Shown: positions 26,373 through 35,674 of the stretch, in pieces
Numbering within the stretch: position 1 is the stretch's first letter
Layout of the letters: each line of letters opens with the position of its first letter
DNA from: an uncultured Haloferula sp.
Lineage (GTDB): Bacteria; Verrucomicrobiota; Verrucomicrobiia; Verrucomicrobiales; Akkermansiaceae
Length of the DNA stretch: 64,000 nucleotides
Assembly: GCA_965652295.1 (NCBI GenBank)
Contig: CBFGTS010000002.1
Location: 288,001-352,000, forward strand
Reading direction: 5' to 3'
The notes under the pieces: model-generated
Told to the model about the DNA's origin: nothing
The model's database searches: none
What the model saw: the letters and a program-made list of their open reading frames with translations, nothing else
Program-made: the position numbers and the translations under genes

Positions 26373-27443
26373 CTAGCTGTTGAGTTGTTTGAGGATCTCC
26401 TGCGTCACGGCCGAAACCATGGCCTCGGCATCGGGATTCGGAGCCGTGGATGAAGCGGGCGCGGCGGTCGGCACCTGGCAGACGACGCCCGGACGGAATT
26501 CCGAGTTGTCGCAGAGTTCGCATTCCTTCCAGCCCGCGCGTTTGTCTTCCATGCCGAGCTGGCCGCGGAGGTCGATGAGTTCCTTGGCCTGACTGCCGGT
26601 GATGGTAAGCAGGTCGCGGCCCTTGAGCTGGGTGGCGAGCAGCACCGTCTGGCAATAGGCGTCGGTGTTCTCCATTTTCCAATACGCATCCTCGATGTCC
26701 TTGCCCCAGCAAATCACGCCGTGGTTGAGCATCAGGACGGACATGTGGTTGACGGCTTCCTCACCGATGATGTCGGCATTCGCCGGAGTGCCGGGCGTGC
26801 GGTATTCAGCCATGCCGATTTCCCCGAGGAAGACCTCCGCTTCGGGAATCATGCAGGTCGGTGGGCGGACGCCGGCCACGGCGAATGCCCCGGCGTGCGG
26901 CGGGTGGGCGTGGCAGCAGGCCTTGGCCTTCGGCTGGCGCTTCATGATGCCGAGGTGGGTCAGACACTCGCTGGTGCGCTTGAATTTCCCGGCGAGCTGG
27001 TTGCCGTCCATGTCGATCAACGCCATCTGCTCGGGCTTCATGAAACCCTTCGAAACGAGCGTGGGCGTGCAGAGCACGAGGTTGTCGCCGACGCGGACGG
27101 TGAGGTTGCCGCCGTTGCCATCGGTATAGCCACGTTGCCACATCCGCTGGCCCATCTCGCACATCCGGACCTTGATCGCCTCGATCTCCGGGGAACGGAA
27201 GAACGCCTGGATCTCCGCCGGTGTCTTCGGGTCCTGTCCGGGCGCCCAGCGGAACTCGTAATCAGGTACGACGGGTGCCGTATTTTCCACCGGGCTGGCG
27301 GCCGATCGGCCCGCCGGTTTCTTCGCCCCGCGCAACGCGTCCCGGGCCGAGGGGGTGAGGACCGCGCCGGCGGGGATCGCCTCGGCTCCCTTGCCCTGCC
27401 GCAGCAGCGTTTCCACGTCCTTGCCTGTGAATACCTTCTTCAT
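26373..27443 (-). CDS. Class II aldolase (fuculose/rhamnulose-1-phosphate aldolase-like; PV-BMC signature enzyme)
   Basis: GNGGNL, TPT..SKG, TSECLTH, HAHPPHA and NHGV, plus a C-terminal amphipathic encapsulation-like helix AEAMVSAVTQEILKQL. Confidence 0.9.
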   Translation of the reverse strand: MKKVFTGKDVETLLRQGKGAEAIPAGAVLTPSARDALRGAKKPAGRSAASPVENTAPVVPDYEFRWAPGQDPKTPAEIQAFFRSPEIEAIKVRMCEMGQRMWQRGYTDGNGGNLTVRVGDNLVLCTPTLVSKGFMKPEQMALIDMDGNQLAGKFKRTSECLTHLGIMKRQPKAKACCHAHPPHAGAFAVAGVRPPTCMIPEAEVFLGEIGMAEYRTPGTPANADIIGEEAVNHMSVLMLNHGVICWGKDIEDAYWKMENTDAYCQTVLLATQLKGRDLLTITGSQAKELIDLRGQLGMEDKRAGWKECELCDNSEFRPGVVCQVPTAAPASSTAPNPDAEAMVSAVTQEILKQLNS

Positions 27444-27454
27444 GAGTGTTCGTT

Positions 27455-27760
27455 TCAGCCCGCGTGCGGGCGGTGATGGATTTGATCGAAAATCGCCACG
27501 GTGATCGCATCGACCGGGGTCGGCCGGTCGAATGGAGCGGTGGCTTCCGCGCCCTCGACGAAGCCGACGATGTCGTGAAGTCCCGCTCCGAGCTGGTCGT
27601 AGACGATGAGCGAGGGGAGCTTCGAGAGCGGCGGCGGGGTGTCGCAGGCGGTGTTGAGATGCGTGGCATCCACCGGGCTGATCACGAGCCAGCGCGCGCC
27701 TTTGAACCCGGCGTCCTGGCGGTTCATGGTGGCCTTGCCGATGACTTGTCCGATGCGCAT
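27455..27760 (-). CDS. BMC vertex protein (EutN/CcmL, BMC-P)
   Basis: MRIGQVIGKAT, DQLGAG, EGAEA and PVDAITVAIFD. Confidence 0.85.
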   Translation of the reverse strand: MRIGQVIGKATMNRQDAGFKGARWLVISPVDATHLNTACDTPPPLSKLPSLIVYDQLGAGLHDIVGFVEGAEATAPFDRPTPVDAITVAIFDQIHHRPHAG

Positions 27761-27761
27761 A

Positions 27762-28022
27762 TCAGTCGTCGAGGACGCCTTGGATGAAATTGCGGATCGG
27801 CGAGTGTTCGTCATGGACGATGCCGCGGGCGGCGATGCCATCGGTGCTGACGAAAACGCGCTGATGCAGTCCTGCGTTGAAATGATCGATCGCCACGAAG
27901 GGCGGCTCGGAGGTCGCGGTGCCATCGGCCTCCTCACGCTGACACAGCTTCAGGGAAGAACCCTTGAGGCTGGGATGGGCGCATGTGGCCACGGCATTTC
28001 CCACGATCCGGCAGAGCAGCAT
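27762..28022 (-). CDS. BMC vertex protein (EutN/CcmL, BMC-P)
   Basis: MLLCRIVGNAVATCAHPSL, AIDHFNAG and SPIRNFIQGVLD. Confidence 0.85.
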   Translation of the reverse strand: MLLCRIVGNAVATCAHPSLKGSSLKLCQREEADGTATSEPPFVAIDHFNAGLHQRVFVSTDGIAARGIVHDEHSPIRNFIQGVLDD

Positions 28023-28027
28023 GGCGA

Positions 28028-29524
28028 TCAGATGATGCGGAGGTTTTCCACCATCACGCAGCGCCGGATGCGGGTGAAGGTCTTCGGGGTGGTGATGCCC
28101 TCGCCGGTGGTGGTGGCGATCGAATAGCTCAGGTAGCCCTCGCCGCCGAGGCCGAGGCCGGTGACGCATGCGCCGTTCTTGACGAAGATGGTGGTGTCCA
28201 TCTCGCGCGCCATATGGGTCATGTGATCGACGTTGGTCGAGTGGATGATCGCCGAGTGGCGGTAGTTGTGCTCGGCGCGCTTCGCTTCGCGGACGGCGGT
28301 CTCGAAGTCCGGCACTGAAACGATCGGCAGCATGGGCATCATCTGCTCCTTCTGCACGTAGGGGTGATCCGCATCGGTTTCGGCGAAGAGCAGCTCGCAC
28401 TTGTCGGCGACGCTCGCGCCGGCCTTTTGAGCCAGGACGGTCGCATCGGCACCGATGAGTTCGCGGTTGAGCACCGCTTGGGCACAGCCGCCACCTTTGC
28501 CTTCCTTGATCGTGAAAGCCTCGGCCGTGAGGCGGTCGAGCTGGGCCTTGTTGAGGCGGGCGGCTCCTGCCTTTTCCAGCTCCTCCATGAAGCGGCTGAA
28601 CACGGAGCCGACGACGAACACGACCTTCTCGCCGATGCACAGCAGGTTGTTGTCGAAAGCCGCGCCTTCGATCACCGCGCGGGCGGCCTTGGCGAGATTG
28701 GCGGTTTCATCGACGACAACCACCGGGTTGCCGGGGCCGGCACAGATCGAGCGCTTGCCGGACTTCATCGCCGCTTGCACGACGGCCGGACCACCGGTGA
28801 TGGCCATGATCGCGATCTGCTCGTTCTTGCAAATCAGGTCGAAGGACTCGAGCGATGGCTCCTCGATCGTGCAGATGAGGTTTTCGATGCCCAGTTCGCG
28901 CTTGATGGCGCGGTTGTATTCGCGGACGGCCAGGGCGGCGCTCTTCGCACCACCGGGGTGCGGGTTGAAAACGACCGAATTGCCGGCGGCGACCATGTTG
29001 ATGACGTTGCCGGTCAGCGTGGGCACCGAGTGGGTCACGGGCAGGATCGCGCCGACGACGCCGAAGGGGGCGTATTCCTCGAGCATGATGCCGGAGTCGC
29101 CGCTCATCGCGTCCGGCCGCAGCCACTCGACGCCGGGCACGCGGTCCATGATGTCGAGCTTGGCGATCTTGTGGTCGAGCCGGCCGATCTTCGTCTCGGC
29201 GAGTTCGAAACGGCCCCACTCCTCCTTGTTGGCGGCGCAGACGCCCTTGACGATATCGATCGCGCGGCGGCGGCCTTCGACTCCGAGCTTGCGGAGTTTC
29301 AGGAAGGCATCGTTGGCGGCTTCGGCGGCGAGATCGACACAGCCGAACACGCCCTCTTTTCCCGAGCCGCTGCCATTGCAGGCGCAGCCGCAGGATTTCC
29401 CGTCGGCGGGCTTGGCGGCAACGCGGGCGGGCGATGGAGCAGGTGCGGGCGCGGGAGCCTTGCCGAGATCGGCAAGCACCCTTTCCACCACGCCGCGCAG
29501 GGCGTCTTGATCGAGAGTTTTCAT
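28028..29524 (-). CDS. CoA-acylating aldehyde dehydrogenase (EutE/PduP-like) with N-terminal encapsulation peptide
   Basis: APFGVVGAILPVTH, TGGPAVV, AGPGNP, FDNNLLCIGEK, EQMMP and TTGEGIT; N-terminal LDQDALRGVVERVLADL. Confidence 0.93.
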   Translation of the reverse strand: MKTLDQDALRGVVERVLADLGKAPAPAPAPSPARVAAKPADGKSCGCACNGSGSGKEGVFGCVDLAAEAANDAFLKLRKLGVEGRRRAIDIVKGVCAANKEEWGRFELAETKIGRLDHKIAKLDIMDRVPGVEWLRPDAMSGDSGIMLEEYAPFGVVGAILPVTHSVPTLTGNVINMVAAGNSVVFNPHPGGAKSAALAVREYNRAIKRELGIENLICTIEEPSLESFDLICKNEQIAIMAITGGPAVVQAAMKSGKRSICAGPGNPVVVVDETANLAKAARAVIEGAAFDNNLLCIGEKVVFVVGSVFSRFMEELEKAGAARLNKAQLDRLTAEAFTIKEGKGGGCAQAVLNRELIGADATVLAQKAGASVADKCELLFAETDADHPYVQKEQMMPMLPIVSVPDFETAVREAKRAEHNYRHSAIIHSTNVDHMTHMAREMDTTIFVKNGACVTGLGLGGEGYLSYSIATTTGEGITTPKTFTRIRRCVMVENLRII

Positions 29525-29559
29525 GCTATCAGGAACGATCTAACCGTAGATGACTTCGC

Positions 29560-29871
29560 TTAGCTGGATTTGCCGTGGATGCGTTTGCCGAGGACGTCGA
29601 CGCTGTCGACGATGGCGACCACGGCCGCATCGACGGGGAGCGTTTTCATGCCCTCGGCCTGCCTTGCGGAGCTGCCCTGGCAGAACATGACCAGATCGCC
29701 CTCGCCGGCACCGACCGTATCGACGGACACGATCGTATTGCTGCCGGGCCTGAAACGCGCGGGGTCGCTCTCGTCCACCAGCATCGGGCGCAACAGGAGG
29801 AGCTTGCGCCCCTTCATGCTGTCGTCCTTCCGGGTGGCCACGACCTGGCCGATGACTTCCGCCAGAAACAT
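29560..29871 (-). CDS. BMC vertex protein (EutN/CcmL, BMC-P)
   Basis: MFLAEVIGQVVATRKD, DTVGAGEGD, QGSSAR and PVDAAVVAIVD. Confidence 0.92.
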   Translation of the reverse strand: MFLAEVIGQVVATRKDDSMKGRKLLLLRPMLVDESDPARFRPGSNTIVSVDTVGAGEGDLVMFCQGSSARQAEGMKTLPVDAAVVAIVDSVDVLGKRIHGKSS

Positions 29872-29883
29872 TTTCCGAGCGGG

Positions 29884-30183
29884 TTATTTCTTCGCGGCGG
29901 GCTTCTTGGGACCCGAAACGATGCCATCGGTGGCGTCGTCGGGACGGGCGATGACGTGCGCGCTGACCACGTCGCCCAGCTGGGCGGCGGCGTCGGCGGC
30001 GGCATCGATGCCGGCCTTCACCGCTGCGACGTCGCCGACGATGACGGCGTTGCAAAGGGCGGAGCCGACGTTTTTCATCGGCCCGGCGAGGCGGACGTTG
30101 GCGGACTTGAGAGCCGCGTCGATGCCGGTCACGAGGCAGCAAAGGCCGCGCGTTTCAATGAGTCCGAGTGCTTCTTTAGCCAT
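29884..30183 (-). CDS. BMC shell hexamer (BMC-H)
   Basis: EALGLIETRG, DAALKSANV, GDVAAVKA and HVIARP. Confidence 0.92.
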   Translation of the reverse strand: MAKEALGLIETRGLCCLVTGIDAALKSANVRLAGPMKNVGSALCNAVIVGDVAAVKAGIDAAADAAAQLGDVVSAHVIARPDDATDGIVSGPKKPAAKK

Positions 30184-30219
30184 GGTGGTATTCGGTTGGA
30201 GGTTCGTTGAGAGTTGGAT

Positions 30220-31392
30220 TCAGGAAAGTTTGCGGAAGACTTCGCGGGCGAGGACAAGTTCCTCGTTGGCGGGGATGACGAAGACTTTGACGCGGGAATC
30301 GGCGGCGCTGATCTCGGCTTCGGTGGCGCGGCAGGCGGCGTTCTTTTCCGGATCGAGTTTGAGCCCGAAGCCTTCGAGTCCCCGGCAGACCGCCTCGCGG
30401 AGAGGTGGGCCGTTTTCGCCGATGCCGGCGGTGAAGGTCAGGGCATCGAGCCCGCCGAGATCGAAGAGAAAGGAGGATGCCCAGCGACGGATTTCGTGGA
30501 CGAGGACATCGAGTGCGAGCTGGGCGTCGGCATTGCCGGCATGCGCGGCTTCGTTGACATCGCGGATGTCATTGCTGACGCCGGAGATTCCGAGCAGGCC
30601 GGACTCCTGGGTGAGCTGGCGCTCGATTTCCTCAAGGTCGAGACCGAGGGTTTTCTGGGCATAGGGAATCGCGCCGGAGTCGAGGTCGCCCACGCGGTTG
30701 TTCTGCGGGAGGCCGCTCTGGGGCGAGAACCCCATGCTGGTGCCGATGGCGACGCCATCGCGGATGCCCGTGACCGAGCTGCTACCACCGAGGTGGCAGG
30801 AGATGACGCGCAGCGGATTCTCCACCGGCCGCGGGCCGTCCTGATAGAGCGAGCGGACGGATTCGGCGACGTCCCCGCGGCCGAGCAGCTCGGCGGAGCG
30901 CTCGGCGACGAATTTGTGGCTGGCACCGTGGAAGCCGTAGCGGCGGATGCCGGCTTCGTGCCAGGCCTTGGGCACCGCATAGCGCGAGGCAGCCTCGGGC
31001 ACCCACTGGTAGAAGGCGGTTTCGAAGAGTGCAATCAGCCGCGCCTTCGGCAGCAGTCGCGAGAACTGACGGATACCCGCCGCGTAGGGCGGGTTGTGCG
31101 CGGGTGCCACGGCGGCGAAGCCATCAAGTGCGTCGAGCACCCGCTGGTCCGCCTCCACGCAGCCGCTCAGGTTCCGGCCGAGCACGGTTTTGAAACCGAC
31201 GGCATCGATGTCCTCGCGGGACCCGATCACACCGCCGGACTCCAGCTCGGACAGCGCGGCCTCGATCGTTTCGCCATGATCAGTGACCCGCTCGAATCCG
31301 CCCTGCGCCAACACGCGACCGTCCCCCGCCTCCATTTCGAAGAGGCGGTATTTGAACGAGGTCGAGCCGAGGTTGGCGATCAGGACGAGCAT
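30220..31392 (-). CDS. ackA: Acetate/propionate kinase (BMC associated)
   Basis: NLGSTSFKY, APAHNP, RRYGFHGASH, CHLGGSSS, FTAGIGEN and IPANEE. Confidence 0.9.
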   Translation of the reverse strand: MLVLIANLGSTSFKYRLFEMEAGDGRVLAQGGFERVTDHGETIEAALSELESGGVIGSREDIDAVGFKTVLGRNLSGCVEADQRVLDALDGFAAVAPAHNPPYAAGIRQFSRLLPKARLIALFETAFYQWVPEAASRYAVPKAWHEAGIRRYGFHGASHKFVAERSAELLGRGDVAESVRSLYQDGPRPVENPLRVISCHLGGSSSVTGIRDGVAIGTSMGFSPQSGLPQNNRVGDLDSGAIPYAQKTLGLDLEEIERQLTQESGLLGISGVSNDIRDVNEAAHAGNADAQLALDVLVHEIRRWASSFLFDLGGLDALTFTAGIGENGPPLREAVCRGLEGFGLKLDPEKNAACRATEAEISAADSRVKVFVIPANEELVLAREVFRKLS

Positions 31393-31413
31393 GAGCCGGG
31401 AAACCGATCGAGG

Positions 31414-31689
31414 TCAGGCGAAGGGAACGAAGCCTTCGAGGTCGTCGTGCGGACGCGGAAGGACCTGCACGGAGGTCACCTCGCCGACTTGCGCGGCGGC
31501 TTCGGCGGCGGCATCGATGCCGGCCTTCACCGCGGCGACGTCGCCGGCGAAGAAGCCGGTGACCATGCCGGAGCCGATCTTGGTCCAGCCGACCATGGTG
31601 ATGTCGGCGGACTTCAGCGCGGCGTCGGCGCCTTCGATGAGGGACACGAGGCCCTTCGTTTCGAGAATTCCAAGTGCTTGTTTGGCCAT
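31414..31689 (-). CDS. BMC shell hexamer (BMC-H)
   Basis: QALGILETKG, KIGSG, GDVAAVKA and PRPH. Confidence 0.92.
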   Translation of the reverse strand: MAKQALGILETKGLVSLIEGADAALKSADITMVGWTKIGSGMVTGFFAGDVAAVKAGIDAAAEAAAQVGEVTSVQVLPRPHDDLEGFVPFA

Positions 31690-31718
31690 GATGATGGGGT
31701 GGTTGGAAAGTTGCGGGA

Positions 31719-31991
31719 TCAGGAGAGACCGAACTGCTTCAGCAGGTCCGTGTGCGGGCGGGCGATGACGTGGGCGGAGACCAGTTCGCCGACGCGGCCG
31801 GCAGCTTCGGCTCCGGCATCGACGGCGGCCTTCACGCCTCCGACGTCCCCTTGCACGAGGATGGTCAGGAAGCCGCCACCGATCTGGACTTGCTTCACGA
31901 CGGTCACGTTGGCGGCTTTGGCCATCGCATCGGCGGCCTCCACGTTGCCCACGTAGCCCTTCGTCTCAATCATTCCGAGTGCTTGGCTCAT
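31719..31991 (-). CDS. BMC shell hexamer (BMC-H)
   Basis: [37 protein letters not shown] and HVIARPH. Confidence 0.93.
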   Translation of the reverse strand: MSQALGMIETKGYVGNVEAADAMAKAANVTVVKQVQIGGGFLTILVQGDVGGVKAAVDAGAEAAGRVGELVSAHVIARPHTDLLKQFGLS

Positions 31992-32023
31992 GTTGTTTGG
32001 TTCGTTGGTTGGATGGTTCGGGA

Positions 32024-32698
32024 TTACTTGGTGAGTTCGCAGAAAGTGTGCGGGCCGAGCGCGCAGGCGTTGCCCTCGTCGGTGTCGATGTGGACCTCGA
32101 GTTTGAAGCCGGGATCCACGCGGACCAGCAGGTTGTCGAAGGTCACCGGGCAATCGCCGTGGACCTTGAGCTTCATCATGTCCTTGTGCTCCACGCCGTA
32201 GTGCGCGGCATCGTCCGGATGCATGTGGACGTGCGGCATCGCGCGGATCACGCCCTGCGGCATTTCGAAAAACCCGGCCGGCCCCATCAGCATGCAGCCG
32301 GGAGTGCCCTCGATATCGCCGGACATCTTGATCGGAATGTCGAAGCCGAGCGCGATCGCGTCGGTGAACGCCAGCTCGACCTGATCGAAGTCGCGGCACG
32401 GGCCGAGGATGCGGAGGTTGGAAATGACCCGGCTGCGCGGGCCGACCAGCGTCACCGTTTCCTTCGCCGCATACTGGCCGTCCTGATAGAGCCACTTCAT
32501 CGGCGTCAGCTCGTGACCGGGGCCGAAAAGCGCTTCCACCGCGGCCGGGGAAAGGTGGCAGTGGCGGGCGCTGACATTGACGACCAAAGCGTTCGGCGCG
32601 GACGCGCTCGGTGGCAGCGGAAGGCCCATCGCCCGGTAAACCTGCTCCCGAACCTTGTGCTCGACGACGGCCTTGGGGATGTTGGAATAAGTCGCCAT
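32024..32698 (-). CDS. pduL: Phosphate propanoyltransferase (PduL)
   Basis: [27 protein letters not shown] and HIDTDEGNA. Confidence 0.92.
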   Translation of the reverse strand: MATYSNIPKAVVEHKVREQVYRAMGLPLPPSASAPNALVVNVSARHCHLSPAAVEALFGPGHELTPMKWLYQDGQYAAKETVTLVGPRSRVISNLRILGPCRDFDQVELAFTDAIALGFDIPIKMSGDIEGTPGCMLMGPAGFFEMPQGVIRAMPHVHMHPDDAAHYGVEHKDMMKLKVHGDCPVTFDNLLVRVDPGFKLEVHIDTDEGNACALGPHTFCELTK

Positions 32699-32713
32699 TT
32701 CGTGAAAACAAGG

Positions 32714-32788
32714 CGGGATTTACTTGGCATTCACGGTAATGTCAAATAAATCCCAAGCAAGTTCCGGTAATTCCCAAGTTTTCCCAAC
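32714..32788. promoter_or_regulatory. Divergent promoter region with repeated TCCCAA motifs (candidate DeoR operator)
   Basis: TCCCAA at 32751, 32772 and 32782, with a degenerate TTCCGG at 32762, giving roughly 10-bp phasing. It lies between pduL and the DeoR gene. Confidence 0.4.
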
Positions 32789-32795
32789 CCACGTC

Positions 32796-33557
32796 ATGCT
32801 CCCGCCCGATCGCCACCAACACATCCTCGAACGGCTCGCCGCCGAGGGCTCGGTCCGTACCATCGGCTTGGCGACGGAGCTGGGGGTGACGGACGAAACG
32901 ATCCGCAAGGACCTTGAGGTTCTCGAGCGGCGCGGCGAGCTGATGCGCGTCCACGGCGGCGCCACTCGGCCGGAAAAACCCCGCCTCGACCTCTCGCTCA
33001 CCGAGCGCCAATCGGTCCGGCTGGACGCCAAACGTGCGATCGCCCGCGCCGCCGCCGCCCGCATTCAACCGAACGAGACCGTTTTCATCGACGCTTCCTC
33101 GACCGCGCTGACCTTGACCGAGTTTCTGCCCGACTTCCCCCTCACAGTCCTGACCAACGCCCACAACGTCGTCACCGCCCTGGGCGGCCGGTCGAACATC
33201 GAGGTCTTCAGCACGGGCGGCCTCTACGAACAACGCTCCAGCTCCTACGTCGGTCTCTCCGCCGAAGCGGCTCTGCGGCGCTACCACATCCACCGCATGT
33301 TCTTTTCCGGCAGCGCCGTGGAACTCGAACGCGGCGTTTCGGAAACCAACCCGCGCCAAGCCGCCTTCAAGGAGCGCGTCATCCCCTGCGCTTCGGAGAT
33401 CTGCCTGCTCGCCGATTCCAGCAAGCTCGGCCACAAGGCATCCTTTTTCTTCGCACCCATCGACCAGCTCACCACCTTCGTCACCGATCCGGACGCCGAC
33501 GCGTCCTTCCTCCGTACGGTCGAGCAGGCGGGGGTGAATGTCATCGTCGCCGACTAA
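32796..33557 (+). CDS. DeoR/GlpR family transcriptional regulator
   Basis: HTH LGVTDETIRKDL, RVHGGA, IDASST and ADSSK. Confidence 0.93.
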   Translation: MLPPDRHQHILERLAAEGSVRTIGLATELGVTDETIRKDLEVLERRGELMRVHGGATRPEKPRLDLSLTERQSVRLDAKRAIARAAAARIQPNETVFIDASSTALTLTEFLPDFPLTVLTNAHNVVTALGGRSNIEVFSTGGLYEQRSSSYVGLSAEAALRRYHIHRMFFSGSAVELERGVSETNPRQAAFKERVIPCASEICLLADSSKLGHKASFFFAPIDQLTTFVTDPDADASFLRTVEQAGVNVIVAD

Positions 33558-33567
33558 TCGAAAACCC

Positions 33568-35040
33568 ATGCCCACCTTTCTCTCCATCGACCTCGGAGCC
33601 GGCTCCGGCCGTGTGATCGCCGGCACGCTCGCCGCGGAGAAGCTGACCCTTGAGGAAATCCATCGCTTCGACAACCCGGGGACCGATCTCCCCGGAGGCT
33701 CGTTCTGGAACATCCTCGGCCTGTTCCGCGAAATCCAAGAAGGCCTGCGCCTCGCCGCCGCGGCCTTCGGCGACGATATCGTCGCTCTCGGCATCGACAC
33801 CTGGGGCTGCGATCACGCGCTGCTCGACGCGCAGGGGCGTCTTCTCGGTCTGCCGCATCAATACCGCGATCCGCGCCACGAGGGCATGCCCGAGCTGATG
33901 CACGGTCTGATGCCCGAGGAGGAAATTTTTCGCCACACCGGCGTCACCACGAATTTCTACAATTCCTCAGTCCATCTCCTCGCCGAGAAGCAGCACGACT
34001 CCCCCGCCCTCGCCCACGCCGCCACACTCCTTTTCACGCCCGATCTCCTCGCTTACTGGCTTTGCGGGAAAAAAAGCGTGGAGCGCACAATTGCATCGAC
34101 TTCCCAGCTTCTCAATCCCGCCACCGGCGAGTGGGCGTGGGAGGTCATCGACGCCCTCGGTTTGCCGCGGCGGATCTTCGGCGACATCGTCTCCCCCGGA
34201 ACCGTGCTCGCTCCGCTGCGCGATGAAGTCCGGCGCGTGACCGGGCTCGGCCCCGTCCCGGTGATCGCCTCGGCGTCGCACGATACCGCCTCCGCCGTCG
34301 CCGGGATTCCCATGGAGGGTGAAAGCCCCCTATGGCTCTCCTCCGGCACATGGTCGATCATCGGCATTGAGGCCCGCGAACCGATCCGCAGCACCGAGGC
34401 TTTCACCGCCCGCTGCTGCAACGAACTCGGAGTCGATGGCACCGTCCGGTTCCTGAAAAACATCTCCGGCCTTTGGATCATTCAGGAGTGCAAGCGTCAA
34501 TGGGCGCTGGATGGCGAGGACCTCAGCTACGCCGAAATGGCGGAGCTGGCCGCCACCGCCACCGCACACACCGCGTTCATCGATCCCGACGACCCGGCTT
34601 TTGCCGTGCCGGGTGAGATGCCGGCGAAGATCCGCGATTTCTGTCAGCGCACCGGTCAGCCCGCCCCCGAAAACAAAGGTGCCATTCTCCGCGTAGCCAC
34701 CGAGTCGCTGGCGCTGAAATACCGCGTCGTGCTCGACTCCTTCCGCCAGCTCTCCGGGCGCGATTTCCCCCGCCTACACGTCGGCGGCGGAGGCATCCAG
34801 AACGAGTTCCTCGCCCAAGCCACCGCGGACGCCTGCGGACTGGAAGTCGTCGCCGGCCCCGTCGAGGCGACTTCCTGCGGCAACCTCATCGTCCAGATGG
34901 TCGCCACCGCGCACCTGCCCGATCTCGCCGCCGGTCGGCGGCTGATCCGCTCCTCGTTTGATTTCCGGACGTATCAGCCCCGCCAGACCGAGAAGTGGAC
35001 CGACAAACTCGCCCACTTCGAAAGTCTGCAGGGCGCTTGA
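33568..35040 (+). CDS. rhaB: Rhamnulokinase (FGGY family)
   Basis: IDLGAGSGR, GIDTWGCD, YRDPR, ASTSQL, SHDTASAV, SSGTWS, NELG, LKNISGLW and GPVEAT..GN. Confidence 0.85.
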   Translation: MPTFLSIDLGAGSGRVIAGTLAAEKLTLEEIHRFDNPGTDLPGGSFWNILGLFREIQEGLRLAAAAFGDDIVALGIDTWGCDHALLDAQGRLLGLPHQYRDPRHEGMPELMHGLMPEEEIFRHTGVTTNFYNSSVHLLAEKQHDSPALAHAATLLFTPDLLAYWLCGKKSVERTIASTSQLLNPATGEWAWEVIDALGLPRRIFGDIVSPGTVLAPLRDEVRRVTGLGPVPVIASASHDTASAVAGIPMEGESPLWLSSGTWSIIGIEAREPIRSTEAFTARCCNELGVDGTVRFLKNISGLWIIQECKRQWALDGEDLSYAEMAELAATATAHTAFIDPDDPAFAVPGEMPAKIRDFCQRTGQPAPENKGAILRVATESLALKYRVVLDSFRQLSGRDFPRLHVGGGGIQNEFLAQATADACGLEVVAGPVEATSCGNLIVQMVATAHLPDLAAGRRLIRSSFDFRTYQPRQTEKWTDKLAHFESLQGA

Positions 35041-35076
35041 GCCTGCGGCTTGACCACCGCCGGCAGCCCCCGGAGG

Positions 35077-35643
35077 TCAGACCTTCATCACCTCGGCTTC
35101 CTTCGCCGCGACGAGTTCCTCGATCTTCTTCACGTGGGCGTCGGTGAGCTTCTGCACCTCCGTCTCGTGATCCTTCTGGCCGTCTTCGGTGAGCACGTTG
35201 TCGGCTTTCATCTTCTTCGCGGCGTCCATGCCTTCCTTGCGGATGGCGCGGATGCGCACCTTGGCCTCCTCACCGAGCTGCTTGACCAGCTTCACCATCT
35301 CGCGCCGCCGTTCTTCGGAAAGCTCCGGGATCGGCACCCGGATCGAACGCTCGGCGGCGGCGGGGTTCAGGCCCAGCTTCGATTCGCGGATCGCGCGCTC
35401 GATTTCCGGTGTGGTCGCCGGGTCGAAGGGCGAGACGTTGAGCATGCGCGGCTCCGGCGAACTGATCACCGCCAGCTGCTTGAGCTTCATCTGGCTGCCG
35501 TAGCTGTGAACGTAAACGTCGAGATTTTCGATCAGCGCGGGCGATGCCTTGCCAGTGCGCACCGTCACGAATTCGTGCGAAAGGTGCTCGATGGTTTTGT
35601 CCATCGCGTCTTCCGTTTCGAGCAAAGATTCCTCCGGGTCCAT
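35077..35643 (-). CDS. frr: Ribosome recycling factor
   Basis: VRTGKASP, IERAI..S.LGLNP and PELSEERRREMVK. Confidence 0.96.
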   Translation of the reverse strand: MDPEESLLETEDAMDKTIEHLSHEFVTVRTGKASPALIENLDVYVHSYGSQMKLKQLAVISSPEPRMLNVSPFDPATTPEIERAIRESKLGLNPAAAERSIRVPIPELSEERRREMVKLVKQLGEEAKVRIRAIRKEGMDAAKKMKADNVLTEDGQKDHETEVQKLTDAHVKKIEELVAAKEAEVMKV

Positions 35644-35674
35644 GGCGGGAAGATGGGTAGGGTCTCGGGAACGG

